64,000 nt of DNA from an uncultured Bacilli bacterium. GTDB taxonomy: Bacteria; Bacillota_I; Bacilli_A; RF39; UBA660. The stretch covers positions 5,463-69,462 of the forward strand of contig CAKPEZ010000004.1 in NCBI GenBank assembly GCA_934149465.1, in the 5' to 3' direction. The notes under the pieces are model-generated. The model made no database searches, was not told the origin of the DNA, and worked only from the letters and a program-made list of their open reading frames with translations. Positions 10,422 through 20,802 of this stretch are shown piece after piece. The translations under genes were made by a program, and so were the position numbers. The stretch's first letter is position 1. Each line of letters opens with the position of its first letter.

Positions 10422-10480
10422 AAAATATCACCGTTTTCCAATATTGTACTAATAAAAGAAAAAACTGTCAATAACAGTTT

Positions 10481-11488
10481 TTATGGTAATAATCCAAAGC
10501 CACTTACAACACCCCTACCATTTTTAACAGCAGTGCCATAAACAGTAAGCGGATTATTTATTAATTTATTTTCAATAACTAATGATGAAGAAGTACCTCC
10601 ATCTAGATTAGCAGCATTATAAGCTCCATATAATGCTAATGTATCAGTCACTTCTTTTAAGTTTGGTCCTTTAGTATGAACTCCTTCAGTTACTAAGAAT
10701 AAAACAGTTCCATCTTTTCTTTGCCCAATTGCTACTCTAGCTGCTCTATCATATCCACCAGCAGCAGAATTAAATTTAATTTTCTCACCATTTACTATCA
10801 AGAAAGGTCCAAACTGAAGGGCATCTCTCATTCCCATATTAATAGCTTCTTCTCCAGTAGCATTTACTAAAAGTAATTTATTATCTTTAGTAAAGCCAAT
10901 TAAATCTGAAGGTCCTGATTGACCAGCCCAAATAATTTCTCCATCTTTAATTAAATAACCAATTGGAATATCACTTCCCCAGCCAGTAGGATCACTAAAG
11001 CCTCCACCATTAATACAAACCTTTCCATGTAGACGTTTACAAATATTAATTACTTTCTCCATTCCAGAGCCACCAGCATTAAATTTTTTAGAAGTAATTA
11101 ATTTTACTTTAGAAGGATCATAAATCGCAACTAGGTGAGCTTTATATCCTCCAACTTTAATCTCAATATATTTATAGTCTTCATTACCAGGTTCTCTCGT
11201 TAAAATTATTTCATCATATTTATTATCATAAGAGTCTCTTTCTTTATTATCAATAACAATTTCATCAAGATCAACTTCATCATCTATTGGTATATAAGAA
11301 TTTGCTTCAATAACTTTTGATACTGCTTTCTCACTAAAGAAAGTATATGCTACCCACTGATGAGTCTTAGTAACCATAGCAGTACTAATAATAAGATTTC
11401 TAAAATATGCAAAAGGTCCATAAAAAACAAAGAAACATACAAGTACTAAAAGATCTAAAAATATAAATATTATCGTCTTTTTTTTCAT
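10481..11488 (-). CDS. Phosphodiester glycosidase (DUF2233) family protein with an N-terminal TM anchor.
   Basis: The INGGGF core motif is characteristic of DUF2233/NAGPA-like domains. It has a signal-anchor. Confidence 0.5.
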   Translation of the reverse strand: MKKKTIIFIFLDLLVLVCFFVFYGPFAYFRNLIISTAMVTKTHQWVAYTFFSEKAVSKVIEANSYIPIDDEVDLDEIVIDNKERDSYDNKYDEIILTREPGNEDYKYIEIKVGGYKAHLVAIYDPSKVKLITSKKFNAGGSGMEKVINICKRLHGKVCINGGGFSDPTGWGSDIPIGYLIKDGEIIWAGQSGPSDLIGFTKDNKLLLVNATGEEAINMGMRDALQFGPFLIVNGEKIKFNSAAGGYDRAARVAIGQRKDGTVLFLVTEGVHTKGPNLKEVTDTLALYGAYNAANLDGGTSSSLVIENKLINNPLTVYGTAVKNGRGVVSGFGLLP

Positions 11489-12846
11489 TATTTTACCACC
11501 TTATAAGGATCATCATAAGATCCAGTTCCAGATTTTATATTACTACTTTTAATCTTTATAGCAGGTCTAAATGCTCTTGATAAAGTTATTTTAGATAAAG
11601 TTATTGATGAATTTCCATATATATATACCTTATCGCTATCAGAAGAAGCATTTAATAAATAATATGGAGCATTTAAATTACCAAATTTTAAATCAGCAAT
11701 ATTTAAAGTACCTACTTTAGCAGTAATATCTTTATTATAGATATCTTTATAACTATTAGTATATTCACCGATATACCATTTACTATCTAAAATTATATCT
11801 TTATAAGATAAAGAATTTAAAAAAGTTGTATTTAAATATTTGGCTAAAGAATTATCATCACTAGGATCATAAATTTTTTGCTTTAAAGCAAAACGATATT
11901 TAGTATTCCCATCTTTATATAAAGATGCTAAAGTTAAACTTAAAGTATCTTCGCACTTATCATAAATAATATAAAGATCATCCCCTAGTTTAACATAAGA
12001 TGCTATTTCTAAGTTATCTTTTTCGTTAGAAATAACATAAGGATCTTCTTTTGTTCCTGTTCCTCTATACAATATATTACTATTTTTTAAAGTTAGAATA
12101 GGTTTTACTGCATAAGTATTACTAACTTTATCAGAAGATAAATTAGAGCCATTAGAAGTCCAAGCTTCTATATTATTATAACTAGATAACCAAAAAGATT
12201 CACCACTTGAGTTTTTCATATAACTATTTTCTTGTTTACTATTAAGAAAATCTGTAACATTAGGTAACGATACATAATAATCAGTATTAACATTATTACA
12301 AGTAACACTATTTAAATTAGTTACTTTATCTAAGCACGTACTACTCTTTGCTAATTTAGAAACGTCTAATTTATTTAAGAAAACATCATTTAAATACGCA
12401 TTAATATCAGACTTTATATAATCAGTATTTTTTTTATCATAAAATAAAGAATTTATTGGTTCATCTAAAATAATCCTAACAGATCCATCACTATTAATTT
12501 TCATAATTCTAAACATAAATCCAGAGAATTTAAGGTAATTATTAACTTTTTCTCCTTTATAAATGTATGAGCCAGATAACTGATAAAGACCATCTCCTTC
12601 ACTAACAATACTGCTAGATTCAGAAATGCTATTAGCAAGTAATTTTACTTGTTCTCCATTTTCAGATTTAGGATTATATATACGATAATATTTTATAAAT
12701 CTTCTTCCAAAGAAAAAACAACATCCTAAAATAAAAATTATACTAAATATAATAAAAATTATTTCTCCAAAATCAGAACGTAAACGTCTTTTCTTTTTAC
12801 AGACTTTTTCTTCTTTTTGTTCAACTTTTTGATTACTACTATCCAT
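11488..12846 (-). CDS. Membrane-anchored extracellular protein of unknown function (452 aa).
   Basis: Basic cytoplasmic N-terminus, one TM helix, then an N/S/Y-rich ectodomain. It contains two GTGxxEDPY-type motifs (GTGTKEDPYVI and GTGSYDDPYKVV). It overlaps the downstream DUF2233 gene by 1 nt. Confidence 0.45.
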   Translation of the reverse strand: MDSSNQKVEQKEEKVCKKKRRLRSDFGEIIFIIFSIIFILGCCFFFGRRFIKYYRIYNPKSENGEQVKLLANSISESSSIVSEGDGLYQLSGSYIYKGEKVNNYLKFSGFMFRIMKINSDGSVRIILDEPINSLFYDKKNTDYIKSDINAYLNDVFLNKLDVSKLAKSSTCLDKVTNLNSVTCNNVNTDYYVSLPNVTDFLNSKQENSYMKNSSGESFWLSSYNNIEAWTSNGSNLSSDKVSNTYAVKPILTLKNSNILYRGTGTKEDPYVISNEKDNLEIASYVKLGDDLYIIYDKCEDTLSLTLASLYKDGNTKYRFALKQKIYDPSDDNSLAKYLNTTFLNSLSYKDIILDSKWYIGEYTNSYKDIYNKDITAKVGTLNIADLKFGNLNAPYYLLNASSDSDKVYIYGNSSITLSKITLSRAFRPAIKIKSSNIKSGTGSYDDPYKVVK

Positions 12847-12999
12847 CTTTGATTCCTCCGCTTATTTTATTATAACAAAATTTGACATTCTTTTCAACGT
12901 CCATATGAAAGAAAAATAATTAAACCATTCCTAGTAGACACAAGTTGTTTTATAAACAGCAGTGTGATATAATACTTTCCAGCGAAAGGAAGATATTTA

Positions 13000-14328
13000 G
13001 TGATTAGTAAATTAGATTTAAGTAAATATAATATTAAAAATAATGACTATATTGTTGTTGGTGTAAGCGGTGGCTCTGATTCAGTCGCCTTATTAGATCT
13101 TCTGCTAAATAGCATAGATCACTCAAAAATAGTAGTAGCGCATGTAAATCACCACGTTAGAATAGAAAGTGATATTGAAGAAGAATATTTAAAAAATTTT
13201 TGCTTAGAAAGAAATATAATTTTTGAAACAACAAAATTTTTAGAATATAAAGAAAATAATTTTGAGAACGAAGCTAGGAAAAAAAGGTATAAATTCTATG
13301 AAAATCTTCTACTTAAATATAATAGCAAGTTTCTTTTTCTAGCTCATCATGGAGATGATCTAATAGAAACAGTAATGATGAAAATAGTAAGAGGATCTAA
13401 CTTAACTGGTTATAGTGGTATTAAAGAAATAACTAATAAAAAAAATTACTTTATTATAAGACCACTTCTAAAATTTACAAAAGAAGATATAATTACTTAT
13501 AATAAAGAAAATAATTTAGTTTATTTTAATGATAGAACTAATGAAGACACCAATTATACTAGAAATAGATATCGTAAAACAATTCTTCCTCTATTAAAAA
13601 AAGAAGATCCTCTAGTTCATCTAAAATTCTTAAAATACTCTAATATTCTTCAAGAATATGACTCTTATATTACTAAGATATGCCAAGATCTAATTATTAA
13701 AAAATATCAAGATAAGATCAAGATAAATGATTTTAAAGAAGAAGATCCTTTTATCCAAAAAAATATAATATATTTACTTCTAGTGAAAATCTATAATAAT
13801 GAAGATAACCTGATAAAAGAAAAACATTTAATTAATATATTAAATATTATAAAAAGTACCAAACCTAATCAAAAAACTAACCTTCCTAAAGGATACATTG
13901 CTATCAAAGAATATAATGAAGTATATTTTACTAAAAAAATAAAAGATAAAACTAATTATAAAATAGAATTAAAACCATTTAATATTATTGATAATCATAT
14001 TATTAAAAAGATAGATAATACTAATAACAACGGAAATGATATATGCACTCTAGATAGTAGCACTATAGCGCTTCCCTTATATATAAGAAATCGTAAAGAG
14101 GGAGATTATCTTGAAGTAAAAAACCTAAAAGGAAAGAAAAAAGTAAAAGAATTATTTATTGAAGCAAAGATTCCTTTGAATAAAAGAAACTCTTACCCTC
14201 TATTAGTTGACAGTAATGATAATATCTTATGGGTTCCTAATATAAAAAAATCAAAATTTAATACTGGAAAAAATCAAAACTATGATATAATACTTAAGTA
14301 CCAAGAAAAAGGAAAGGAAGAAGATTAA
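13000..14328 (+). CDS. tilS: tRNA(Ile)-lysidine synthetase.
   Basis: PP-loop SGGSDS motif. It is immediately upstream of ftsH. Confidence 0.9.
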   Translation: MISKLDLSKYNIKNNDYIVVGVSGGSDSVALLDLLLNSIDHSKIVVAHVNHHVRIESDIEEEYLKNFCLERNIIFETTKFLEYKENNFENEARKKRYKFYENLLLKYNSKFLFLAHHGDDLIETVMMKIVRGSNLTGYSGIKEITNKKNYFIIRPLLKFTKEDIITYNKENNLVYFNDRTNEDTNYTRNRYRKTILPLLKKEDPLVHLKFLKYSNILQEYDSYITKICQDLIIKKYQDKIKINDFKEEDPFIQKNIIYLLLVKIYNNEDNLIKEKHLINILNIIKSTKPNQKTNLPKGYIAIKEYNEVYFTKKIKDKTNYKIELKPFNIIDNHIIKKIDNTNNNGNDICTLDSSTIALPLYIRNRKEGDYLEVKNLKGKKKVKELFIEAKIPLNKRNSYPLLVDSNDNILWVPNIKKSKFNTGKNQNYDIILKYQEKGKEED

Positions 14329-16178
14329 TGAATAAAAAAACTAAAGTTACAAGAGGACTTGCCCCTTATGTATTTCTATTGCTTTTCATCATAGGATGTT
14401 TATTTATGTATAGTAGCTTTAATACTAAGATTAATAAATTTAGTTATGATGAATTTATTAGTAATTTAAATAACGGTCAAATAAGTGAAATTACTATAAC
14501 ACCAAAAACCAGAACTGAAGTATATGAGATTACAGGTAAGTTAAAAAATTATGCTAAAAATGAAAGTTTTACTTTAAATCTACCTAAATCTGATGAAATT
14601 ATCGTTCGTATATTAGAAGGAAAAGATAAAGAGACTTTCAGTATTAATGTAAAAACTGATCCAGAAGCATCTTCTTGGATTGCAATTGCAACCAATGTCT
14701 TACCTATGCTCTTATTAATAGGCGCTACTATATTCTTATTTACAAGACAAATTGGTGGTACTAATAAATCTATGGATTTTGGTAAAAGCAAAGCTAAGCT
14801 TTTAGAAGAAGGACCAAAGACTACATTCAAAGATGTAGCAGGTTTATCTGAAGAAAAAGAAGAAGTTCAAGAATTAATTGATTTCTTAAAAAATCCTAAG
14901 AAATTCCAAAGTATGGGAGCTAGAATTCCTAAAGGAGTATTACTTGTAGGACCTCCTGGTACTGGTAAAACTTTATTAGCAAGAGCAGTTGCAGGAGAAG
15001 CAAAAGTTCCATTTTATTATATAAGTGGATCTGACTTTGTAGAATTATTCGTTGGTATTGGTGCTTCTAGAGTGCGTGATATGTTCCGTCAAGCTAAGCT
15101 TAATGCTCCTTGTCTAATATTCATTGATGAAATTGATGCAGTTGGAAGACAAAGAGGAACTGGTTTAGGTGGAGGTCATGATGAAAGAGAACAAACTCTA
15201 AACCAATTATTAACTGAAATGGATGGATTTGGCGCTAATGAAGGAATTATTATTATCGCCGCTACTAATAGGCCTGACGTATTAGACCCTGCTCTTCTAA
15301 GACCAGGAAGATTTGACCGTCAAGTTACAGTATCACTTCCAGATAAAAATGCTCGTGAAGAAATATTACAAGTTCATGCTAAAAATAAAGTACTTGCAAA
15401 AGGAATTACATTATCTTACTTAGCACAAAGAACTCCCGGATTTAGTGGAGCTGATCTTGAAAACTTACTTAATGAAGCCGCACTTCTTACTGTAAGAAGA
15501 AATAAAAAAGCTATTACTATGAGTGAAATAGATGAAGCTACAGACCGTGTATTAATGGGACCTGCTAAAGTTACTAAGAAATATACTGAAAAAGAAAAGA
15601 AATTAGTAGCGTACCATGAAGCAGGACACGTTGTACTTGGAGTAAAATTAGACGATGCTAATGATGTTCAAAAAGTAACTATTATTCCAAGAAGTAGCGC
15701 TGGTGGATATGCAATGATGATTCCAAAAGAAGAAACATATACATCAACTAAAAAAGAATTACTAGAAAGAATAACTGGTCTATTAGGTGGACGTGTAGCA
15801 GAAGAAATAACTTTTAATGAAGTTACTACTGGTGCCCAAAACGACTTTGAAAAGGCTACTAAAATAGCGCGTAGTATGGTTACTGAATATGGAATGAGTG
15901 ATTTAGGTCCTATGCAATTAGAAGAACCTAGTACAAATACTTTCCTAGGAAGGGATTATACTAAGAATAGAAATATTTCTGATAAAGTAGCGCATGAAAT
16001 TGATGAAGAAATGCGTAAAATTATTGATAGCTGTCATGTTAAAGCTAGAGAAATTATTAGTCAAAATAAAGATCTACTTAAACTAGTAGCGGAAACTTTA
16101 TTAGAATACGAAACACTAACTAAAGAACAAATAGATTACTTAGTAGAACATGGTAAAATGCCTACTGAAGAAGAATAA
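14328..16178 (+). CDS. ftsH: ATP-dependent zinc metalloprotease FtsH.
   Basis: Two TM helices, AAA+ Walker A GPPGTGKT, and the HEAGH zinc motif. Confidence 0.97.
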   Translation: MNKKTKVTRGLAPYVFLLLFIIGCLFMYSSFNTKINKFSYDEFISNLNNGQISEITITPKTRTEVYEITGKLKNYAKNESFTLNLPKSDEIIVRILEGKDKETFSINVKTDPEASSWIAIATNVLPMLLLIGATIFLFTRQIGGTNKSMDFGKSKAKLLEEGPKTTFKDVAGLSEEKEEVQELIDFLKNPKKFQSMGARIPKGVLLVGPPGTGKTLLARAVAGEAKVPFYYISGSDFVELFVGIGASRVRDMFRQAKLNAPCLIFIDEIDAVGRQRGTGLGGGHDEREQTLNQLLTEMDGFGANEGIIIIAATNRPDVLDPALLRPGRFDRQVTVSLPDKNAREEILQVHAKNKVLAKGITLSYLAQRTPGFSGADLENLLNEAALLTVRRNKKAITMSEIDEATDRVLMGPAKVTKKYTEKEKKLVAYHEAGHVVLGVKLDDANDVQKVTIIPRSSAGGYAMMIPKEETYTSTKKELLERITGLLGGRVAEEITFNEVTTGAQNDFEKATKIARSMVTEYGMSDLGPMQLEEPSTNTFLGRDYTKNRNISDKVAHEIDEEMRKIIDSCHVKAREIISQNKDLLKLVAETLLEYETLTKEQIDYLVEHGKMPTEEE

Positions 16179-16180
16179 AA

Positions 16181-16215
16181 AAGCCAAGGAAAATTAAAAT
16201 TCCTTGACTTTTTTC
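16181..16215. terminator. Bidirectional rho-independent terminator between ftsH and divIC.
   Basis: CAAGGAA-aattaaaa-TTCCTTG hairpin flanked by A-runs and T-runs. Confidence 0.65.
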
Positions 16216-16218
16216 TTT

Positions 16219-16524
16219 TTATTCTGGTAATTTTATTACAAACTCTCCATCTCTACTATATAAATACTTTTCTCTAGCATATTTAGCAATATACTCAGGA
16301 TCAGCAAGTTTATTAATATCAGTTTCTAACTCTTCTTCTTTAGCTTTTAAAGCATTTATCTGAACAACCAAATCTTTCTTTTGATTAGTTAATTTATTAA
16401 TTTGAACCATATAAGAAATAAAGCTATAACTTAGTGTTGAAAGAATTATTCCAAATAAAATAAAAGCACAAAATAAACGAAGTTTTGTTTTTTTTCTAAT
16501 TCTTTTCTGCAAACTAGTCACCAC
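16219..16524 (-). CDS. divIC: Septum formation initiator (DivIC/FtsB family).
   Basis: 101 aa with one TM helix and a coiled-coil. It sits in yabP-yabQ-divIC synteny. Confidence 0.65.
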   Translation of the reverse strand: MVTSLQKRIRKKTKLRLFCAFILFGIILSTLSYSFISYMVQINKLTNQKKDLVVQINALKAKEEELETDINKLADPEYIAKYAREKYLYSRDGEFVIKLPE

Positions 16525-16545
16525 CTATTATCAAGTAAGATTATA

Positions 16546-16833
16546 TCATAAGACTTTCTTTTTGACAAACAATTTATAGTGAATTAACTTAGTTAAAAAA
16601 TAACTGACAAATAAAACTAATAAAAAATATATATGAATAACTCCGTAATTAATTTTATATAAACCTACATAATACATTAAAGAACTTACTATAACAAGAA
16701 TAAAACTAGAAATTATCTTCCAAAATAAGTTAGAATTATATATTAATTTGTAACTTACTTCTAATAAAATATAGAAACCTATTCCAAAAAGAAAAGAAAA
16801 TAAAAAAGAAAATAATTGTTTATCTAGAGGCAT
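16546..16833 (-). CDS. yabQ: Spore cortex biosynthesis protein YabQ-like small membrane protein.
   Basis: 95 aa hydrophobic protein. It is translationally coupled to yabP, occupying the conserved yabQ position. Confidence 0.4.
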   Translation of the reverse strand: MPLDKQLFSFLFSFLFGIGFYILLEVSYKLIYNSNLFWKIISSFILVIVSSLMYYVGLYKINYGVIHIYFLLVLFVSYFLTKLIHYKLFVKKKVL

Positions 16834-17123
16834 TATTTAAATAATTTATTGAAAAAAGAATTTTCTTTTTCTTTTCTAGTACTACTATCAGCGTAGAAAA
16901 CGCTATTAATCTTTCCTTTTAAAGAAACATTTCCTTGATAAGTATCTAACTTTATTATTTCAAGTTCTTCTCCTTTAATAACTAAAGCTCCTAAAGTGGT
17001 ATCCATTAGGAATTCTTCATTATCAAAACTTTCTATTTTTTTAACACCAGATACTATAATACTTTTTCTCTCAGATATTGTTATACCATGATTAAAATTA
17101 TTTTCCTCTATTATTTTATCCAT
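16833..17123 (-). CDS. yabP: Sporulation protein YabP.
   Basis: 96 aa YabP-like beta-barrel (ISERKSIIVSGVKKIESFD...LVIKGEELEI). Confidence 0.75.
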   Translation of the reverse strand: MDKIIEENNFNHGITISERKSIIVSGVKKIESFDNEEFLMDTTLGALVIKGEELEIIKLDTYQGNVSLKGKINSVFYADSSTRKEKENSFFNKLFK

Positions 17124-17135
17124 AGCTCCCCCCTT

Positions 17136-17348
17136 TTAAAAATATATCTTAACGCTATTTATTAAGATATCACTATAACAAAAACTTTTTATTTGTGAAC
17201 TATCTAACTTTACTATGAAAATAGAATTATATATTTCACTAATAACTCCATTATAAGTCTCTTCCTTATTCCTACGACCATAATAAACTATTTTTACCTC
17301 ATCTCCACAATGATTAGAAATATTTTCCTTTATCGCTGTTATACTCAT
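17136..17348 (-). CDS. veg: Veg protein (small DNA-binding biofilm regulator).
   Basis: 70 aa aligning with B. subtilis Veg (GxxxEIYNSIFIVKLD....SFxYSDIL). Confidence 0.75.
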   Translation of the reverse strand: MSITAIKENISNHCGDEVKIVYYGRRNKEETYNGVISEIYNSIFIVKLDSSQIKSFCYSDILINSVKIYF

Positions 17349-17351
17349 AAA

Positions 17352-18128
17352 TCACCTAGGAAAGCCTATATACATAGTACCCTTAGTAATAATACCACCC
17401 ATACCATCAGTTTTATACTTAGTTTTATTTAAAATATCTAATAAATCAATATTCTTATTATGATCAGAAAAAGCCATAGAAGTAGCAATAATAGCAGGAT
17501 CTAACGCATGAATATTTATTCTTTTGGGACTAGATGCAAAATTAGCGCCTGCTTTTATAAGTTCTTCATAATTAGATTGACAAGCACCTGCTATAATAAT
17601 TAACTTATCATGAGATGGTTCATATTTACGAGCTTCTTTTATTCCCATAATAAAGTTATCAGTATTTTTATATTTATTTCGTTCTTCTTTCTTACGATAA
17701 TAAGCATCATGGCCTGTAATTACTAATATATCAGGATTATACTTTTTTAACTGTTCTAATATGGAAGAAGACAAATCTTTTTCTTTTAAATAAACACCGT
17801 ATGCTCTAATTAAATTCTTTTTATAAAAGGTTAAACATCTATTTAGATAATCTTTATCACTATCGATATGAAGAACAGTTCCAGGAAGATAAAAAAATTC
17901 ATCTCTTTCTAAATTTTTATGATCTATCACTTGAAAAAAACTATTATCATCATCCAACTTTCCTTCAAATTTTTCTAAATCATCAGGAGTACTATCAGCT
18001 ATTAAACGAACGTTTACTCCTTTTAAATAATAAATATTTTCTGTAATAGAAACTATCTTAAATACAACGTCATTATTATAAGATTTTCTAGTTACTAAAT
18101 CACCAACTTTATACATAGATATCACCAT
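17352..18128 (-). CDS. yabG: Sporulation-specific protease YabG.
   Basis: The N-terminus (YKVGDLVTRKSYNNDVVFKIV) matches the YabG family. It lies between rsmA and veg as in Bacillus. Confidence 0.75.
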   Translation of the reverse strand: MVISMYKVGDLVTRKSYNNDVVFKIVSITENIYYLKGVNVRLIADSTPDDLEKFEGKLDDDNSFFQVIDHKNLERDEFFYLPGTVLHIDSDKDYLNRCLTFYKKNLIRAYGVYLKEKDLSSSILEQLKKYNPDILVITGHDAYYRKKEERNKYKNTDNFIMGIKEARKYEPSHDKLIIIAGACQSNYEELIKAGANFASSPKRINIHALDPAIIATSMAFSDHNKNIDLLDILNKTKYKTDGMGGIITKGTMYIGFPR

Positions 18129-18168
18129 TAAAAGATATGCTTAAAATAAAAAAAAAGAACTAAATAAC

Positions 18169-18954
18169 TTATAGTTCATTAGTAATCTCAATAAATATCT
18201 CTACTGGAATTTCTTCAGCTCTACTATTTAAAGAGAAATTATTTCTAAGTAAAACAGATTCTATTTTATCTAGATCGTAATTTCTAAGATTATTTCTTAA
18301 GTTTTTCCTTTTTTGTCTAAATGAATCATTAACTATTCTTAAAAATAAAGAATAATCATTAACTTTTAAAGCCCTATCTTTTTTACTATAAGATAAAATA
18401 ACACTATCAACATTAGGGATAGGATAAAAAGAATTACGACCAATATTAATTATTTTTTTTATGCAGTAATGATAAGCGCTAATAACATTAATCGCGTTAT
18501 ACTCACGACTTCCTACTGATGAAGAAAGCCTATCACCTGCTTCTCTTTGAACCATAATAAACATCTTATCAAAAACAATATTTGAAAATAATAATCTCTC
18601 TAATATAGGTGTTGTAATATAATAAGGCAAATTAGAAAGAAAATAAACCTTGTCATAAGAATAAGATTTTAAATCTTCTAACAAATTAACTTTAAGAAAA
18701 TCTTGATAAATAATCTTCACATTAGAATTATTATTACAAACAATATCAAGCTTTTCCTTTAAAGAAATATCTATCTCATACGCTAAAACATTCTTAACTA
18801 AAGGAGAAATCACTTCAGTAAGTGCCCCTCCTCCAGGACCAACTTCTACAACTAAAGTATCTTTGTCACAATCAATACTTTGTACTATCTTATTTATAAC
18901 ATTTTTATCTACCAAGAAATTTTGTCCATACTTCTTTTTAAAAACAAAATCCAT
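18169..18954 (-). CDS. rsmA: 16S rRNA (adenine1518/1519-N6)-dimethyltransferase RsmA/KsgA.
   Basis: KYGQNFL N-terminal motif and a SAM-binding fold. The supplied ORF runs to 19020; the start is more likely the internal Met (MDFVFKK), which avoids overlap with the upstream gene. Confidence 0.88.
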   Translation of the reverse strand: MDFVFKKKYGQNFLVDKNVINKIVQSIDCDKDTLVVEVGPGGGALTEVISPLVKNVLAYEIDISLKEKLDIVCNNNSNVKIIYQDFLKVNLLEDLKSYSYDKVYFLSNLPYYITTPILERLLFSNIVFDKMFIMVQREAGDRLSSSVGSREYNAINVISAYHYCIKKIINIGRNSFYPIPNVDSVILSYSKKDRALKVNDYSLFLRIVNDSFRQKRKNLRNNLRNYDLDKIESVLLRNNFSLNSRAEEIPVEIFIEITNEL

Positions 18955-18994
18955 AAAACCACCAAAAAAATTATAACATAAAAAAGTGCTTTTA

Positions 18995-19681
18995 CTAAGC
19001 ACCTTTTCTAATAAGTTCAAATTTTACATCAGAAATGCTTCCAATTTCTTTAGCAGCAGCACTTTCTGTTGAAAATAACAAATCAAAAGTTGAAAACTTA
19101 TTAAAACCAACATTACCACCACGATCAAGAACAATTCCTATTACCGGTTCACCAAATACTCCGCTTATTCTAATAATAGAATAAAATGGAATACTCCTAT
19201 CAGCAGCTAAGATACGAACTTCGCCAAACTCTTCATCATAATAAGTAATAGTATTACTTACATCATAAGAAGTCGCTGTTCTACCAGAACATCCACGACA
19301 ATCTGGACCGTATCCAGTAAGTCTACCATAGTAAGTATCAATTACTGTATAATTAGGTAATGGAGTACTTATATTCTCTTCTTTTTTTACTTCTTCCTTA
19401 GGTGTAATTACCTCTTCTTCTTTAGCAGGCTCAGGAACAACTACTGTCTCTTTTACCTCAGCAACTGCTATATCTTCTTTTTCTTCTTTTACTTCTTCTT
19501 TACTTTCTTCGTTATCACCAACATTTTCATAGTTATATGAAAAGTTAGTATCTAATTTTGAATTTTCAATATTAGATATCTCTTTATTAGCAACATTTTT
19601 AGGTAATAAAGAAATTACAAATAATGTTACCACAACAAATTCTAATAAGATATCAAAATTAACACGAATTTTTTTTAACAT
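18995..19681 (-). CDS. YabE-like 3D-domain cell-wall protein.
   Basis: Signal-anchor, a Glu/Lys-rich linker, and a C-terminal 3D domain (YGPDCRGCSGRTATSYD...RILAAD). It occupies the yabE position between tatD and rsmA. Confidence 0.65.
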   Translation of the reverse strand: MLKKIRVNFDILLEFVVVTLFVISLLPKNVANKEISNIENSKLDTNFSYNYENVGDNEESKEEVKEEKEDIAVAEVKETVVVPEPAKEEEVITPKEEVKKEENISTPLPNYTVIDTYYGRLTGYGPDCRGCSGRTATSYDVSNTITYYDEEFGEVRILAADRSIPFYSIIRISGVFGEPVIGIVLDRGGNVGFNKFSTFDLLFSTESAAAKEIGSISDVKFELIRKGA

Positions 19682-19724
19682 CCTTTTTCACCTCACGGTA
19701 TAATAAAGTTTAACATAAAAAGAA

Positions 19725-20489
19725 CTAAAAGTCAAATAAGCTCTCAGAATTAGCAGTGGTAATTTCTGCCACCTCTTCTAAACTAAGGCCTTTAATAGAT
19801 GCTATCTTATCAGCAATAATTGGAATATATGCCGAATAATTAGGAGTACCACGATATGGCTCTGGAGTCAAATATGGGGCATCAGTCTCCAATAATATTT
19901 TATGCAAAGAAATATTTTTTATAACATTAATTATATTATTTGCATTTTTAAAAGTTGAAACTCCACCTACTCCAATAAAAAATCCCATTTTAATATATTC
20001 ATTAGCACTTTCTAAACTCCCACTAAAACAGTGAATAACCCCTCTTTTATTAGGTAAGTGCTCTCTAAGTAAAGAAATAGTATCACTAGTAGCGTCCCTA
20101 CTATGAATAACAACGGGTAAATTATACTTATTGGCAAGCTCTAACTGATAAATAAAAAATTTCTTTTGCTTTTCCTTGTTCGTATCAGGATAATGATAAT
20201 CTAAGCCAATTTCTCCTATTCCAACAATCTTTTTATTCGTCTTTAACTGACTTTCTAATAAAGCAAAAGAAGTTTCATCCAAATCTTCTAATTCATTTGG
20301 ATGAAACCCAATACTACCATAAACTCCTTCATATTTTGAAATCAAAGATAAAACTTCTTGATTACTCTTTTTATCAGTACCACTTACTATTATTTTGGTA
20401 ACATTAACATTATTTGCCTTATTAATATAATCATCATAACTAGGAAAATACTCATGAAACAAATGACAATGATTATCAATAAATCTCAA
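19725..20489 (-). CDS. tatD: TatD-family metal-dependent DNase/hydrolase.
   Basis: The N-terminus (IDNHCHL) carries the His-His motif of TatD. It follows metG as in Bacillus (yabD). Confidence 0.9.
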   Translation of the reverse strand: MRFIDNHCHLFHEYFPSYDDYINKANNVNVTKIIVSGTDKKSNQEVLSLISKYEGVYGSIGFHPNELEDLDETSFALLESQLKTNKKIVGIGEIGLDYHYPDTNKEKQKKFFIYQLELANKYNLPVVIHSRDATSDTISLLREHLPNKRGVIHCFSGSLESANEYIKMGFFIGVGGVSTFKNANNIINVIKNISLHKILLETDAPYLTPEPYRGTPNYSAYIPIIADKIASIKGLSLEEVAEITTANSESLFDF

Positions 20490-20495
20490 AAAACA

Positions 20496-20681
20496 TCAAT
20501 CCTCTCTAACTTCTTCTTTAGTCCATAACAGCCTAATAGCGTGCACTAAAATAATAATTACATACACTCCATCAATTACTTGATTGCCTTGCCATTTAAA
20601 AAGAAATAATCCAATTATAAGAATTACTACAGAATACATCAGTGACAACAACATCTTACTACCCTTCGACATAATAAACAT
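20496..20681 (-). CDS. Small membrane protein of 61 aa.
   Basis: Two hydrophobic helices. It lies between metG and tatD. Confidence 0.3.
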   Translation of the reverse strand: MFIMSKGSKMLLSLMYSVVILIIGLFLFKWQGNQVIDGVYVIIILVHAIRLLWTKEEVRED

Positions 20682-20802
20682 ATTATCGTTCCAATCCTTT
20701 CATATAGTATAAATACACTTACAATATAACAAAGCCATCTCTAAAAGTAAACATAAAACAATAAATAATTTTTTTTTGACAAATAAAACGTAAAAATGAT
20801 TA

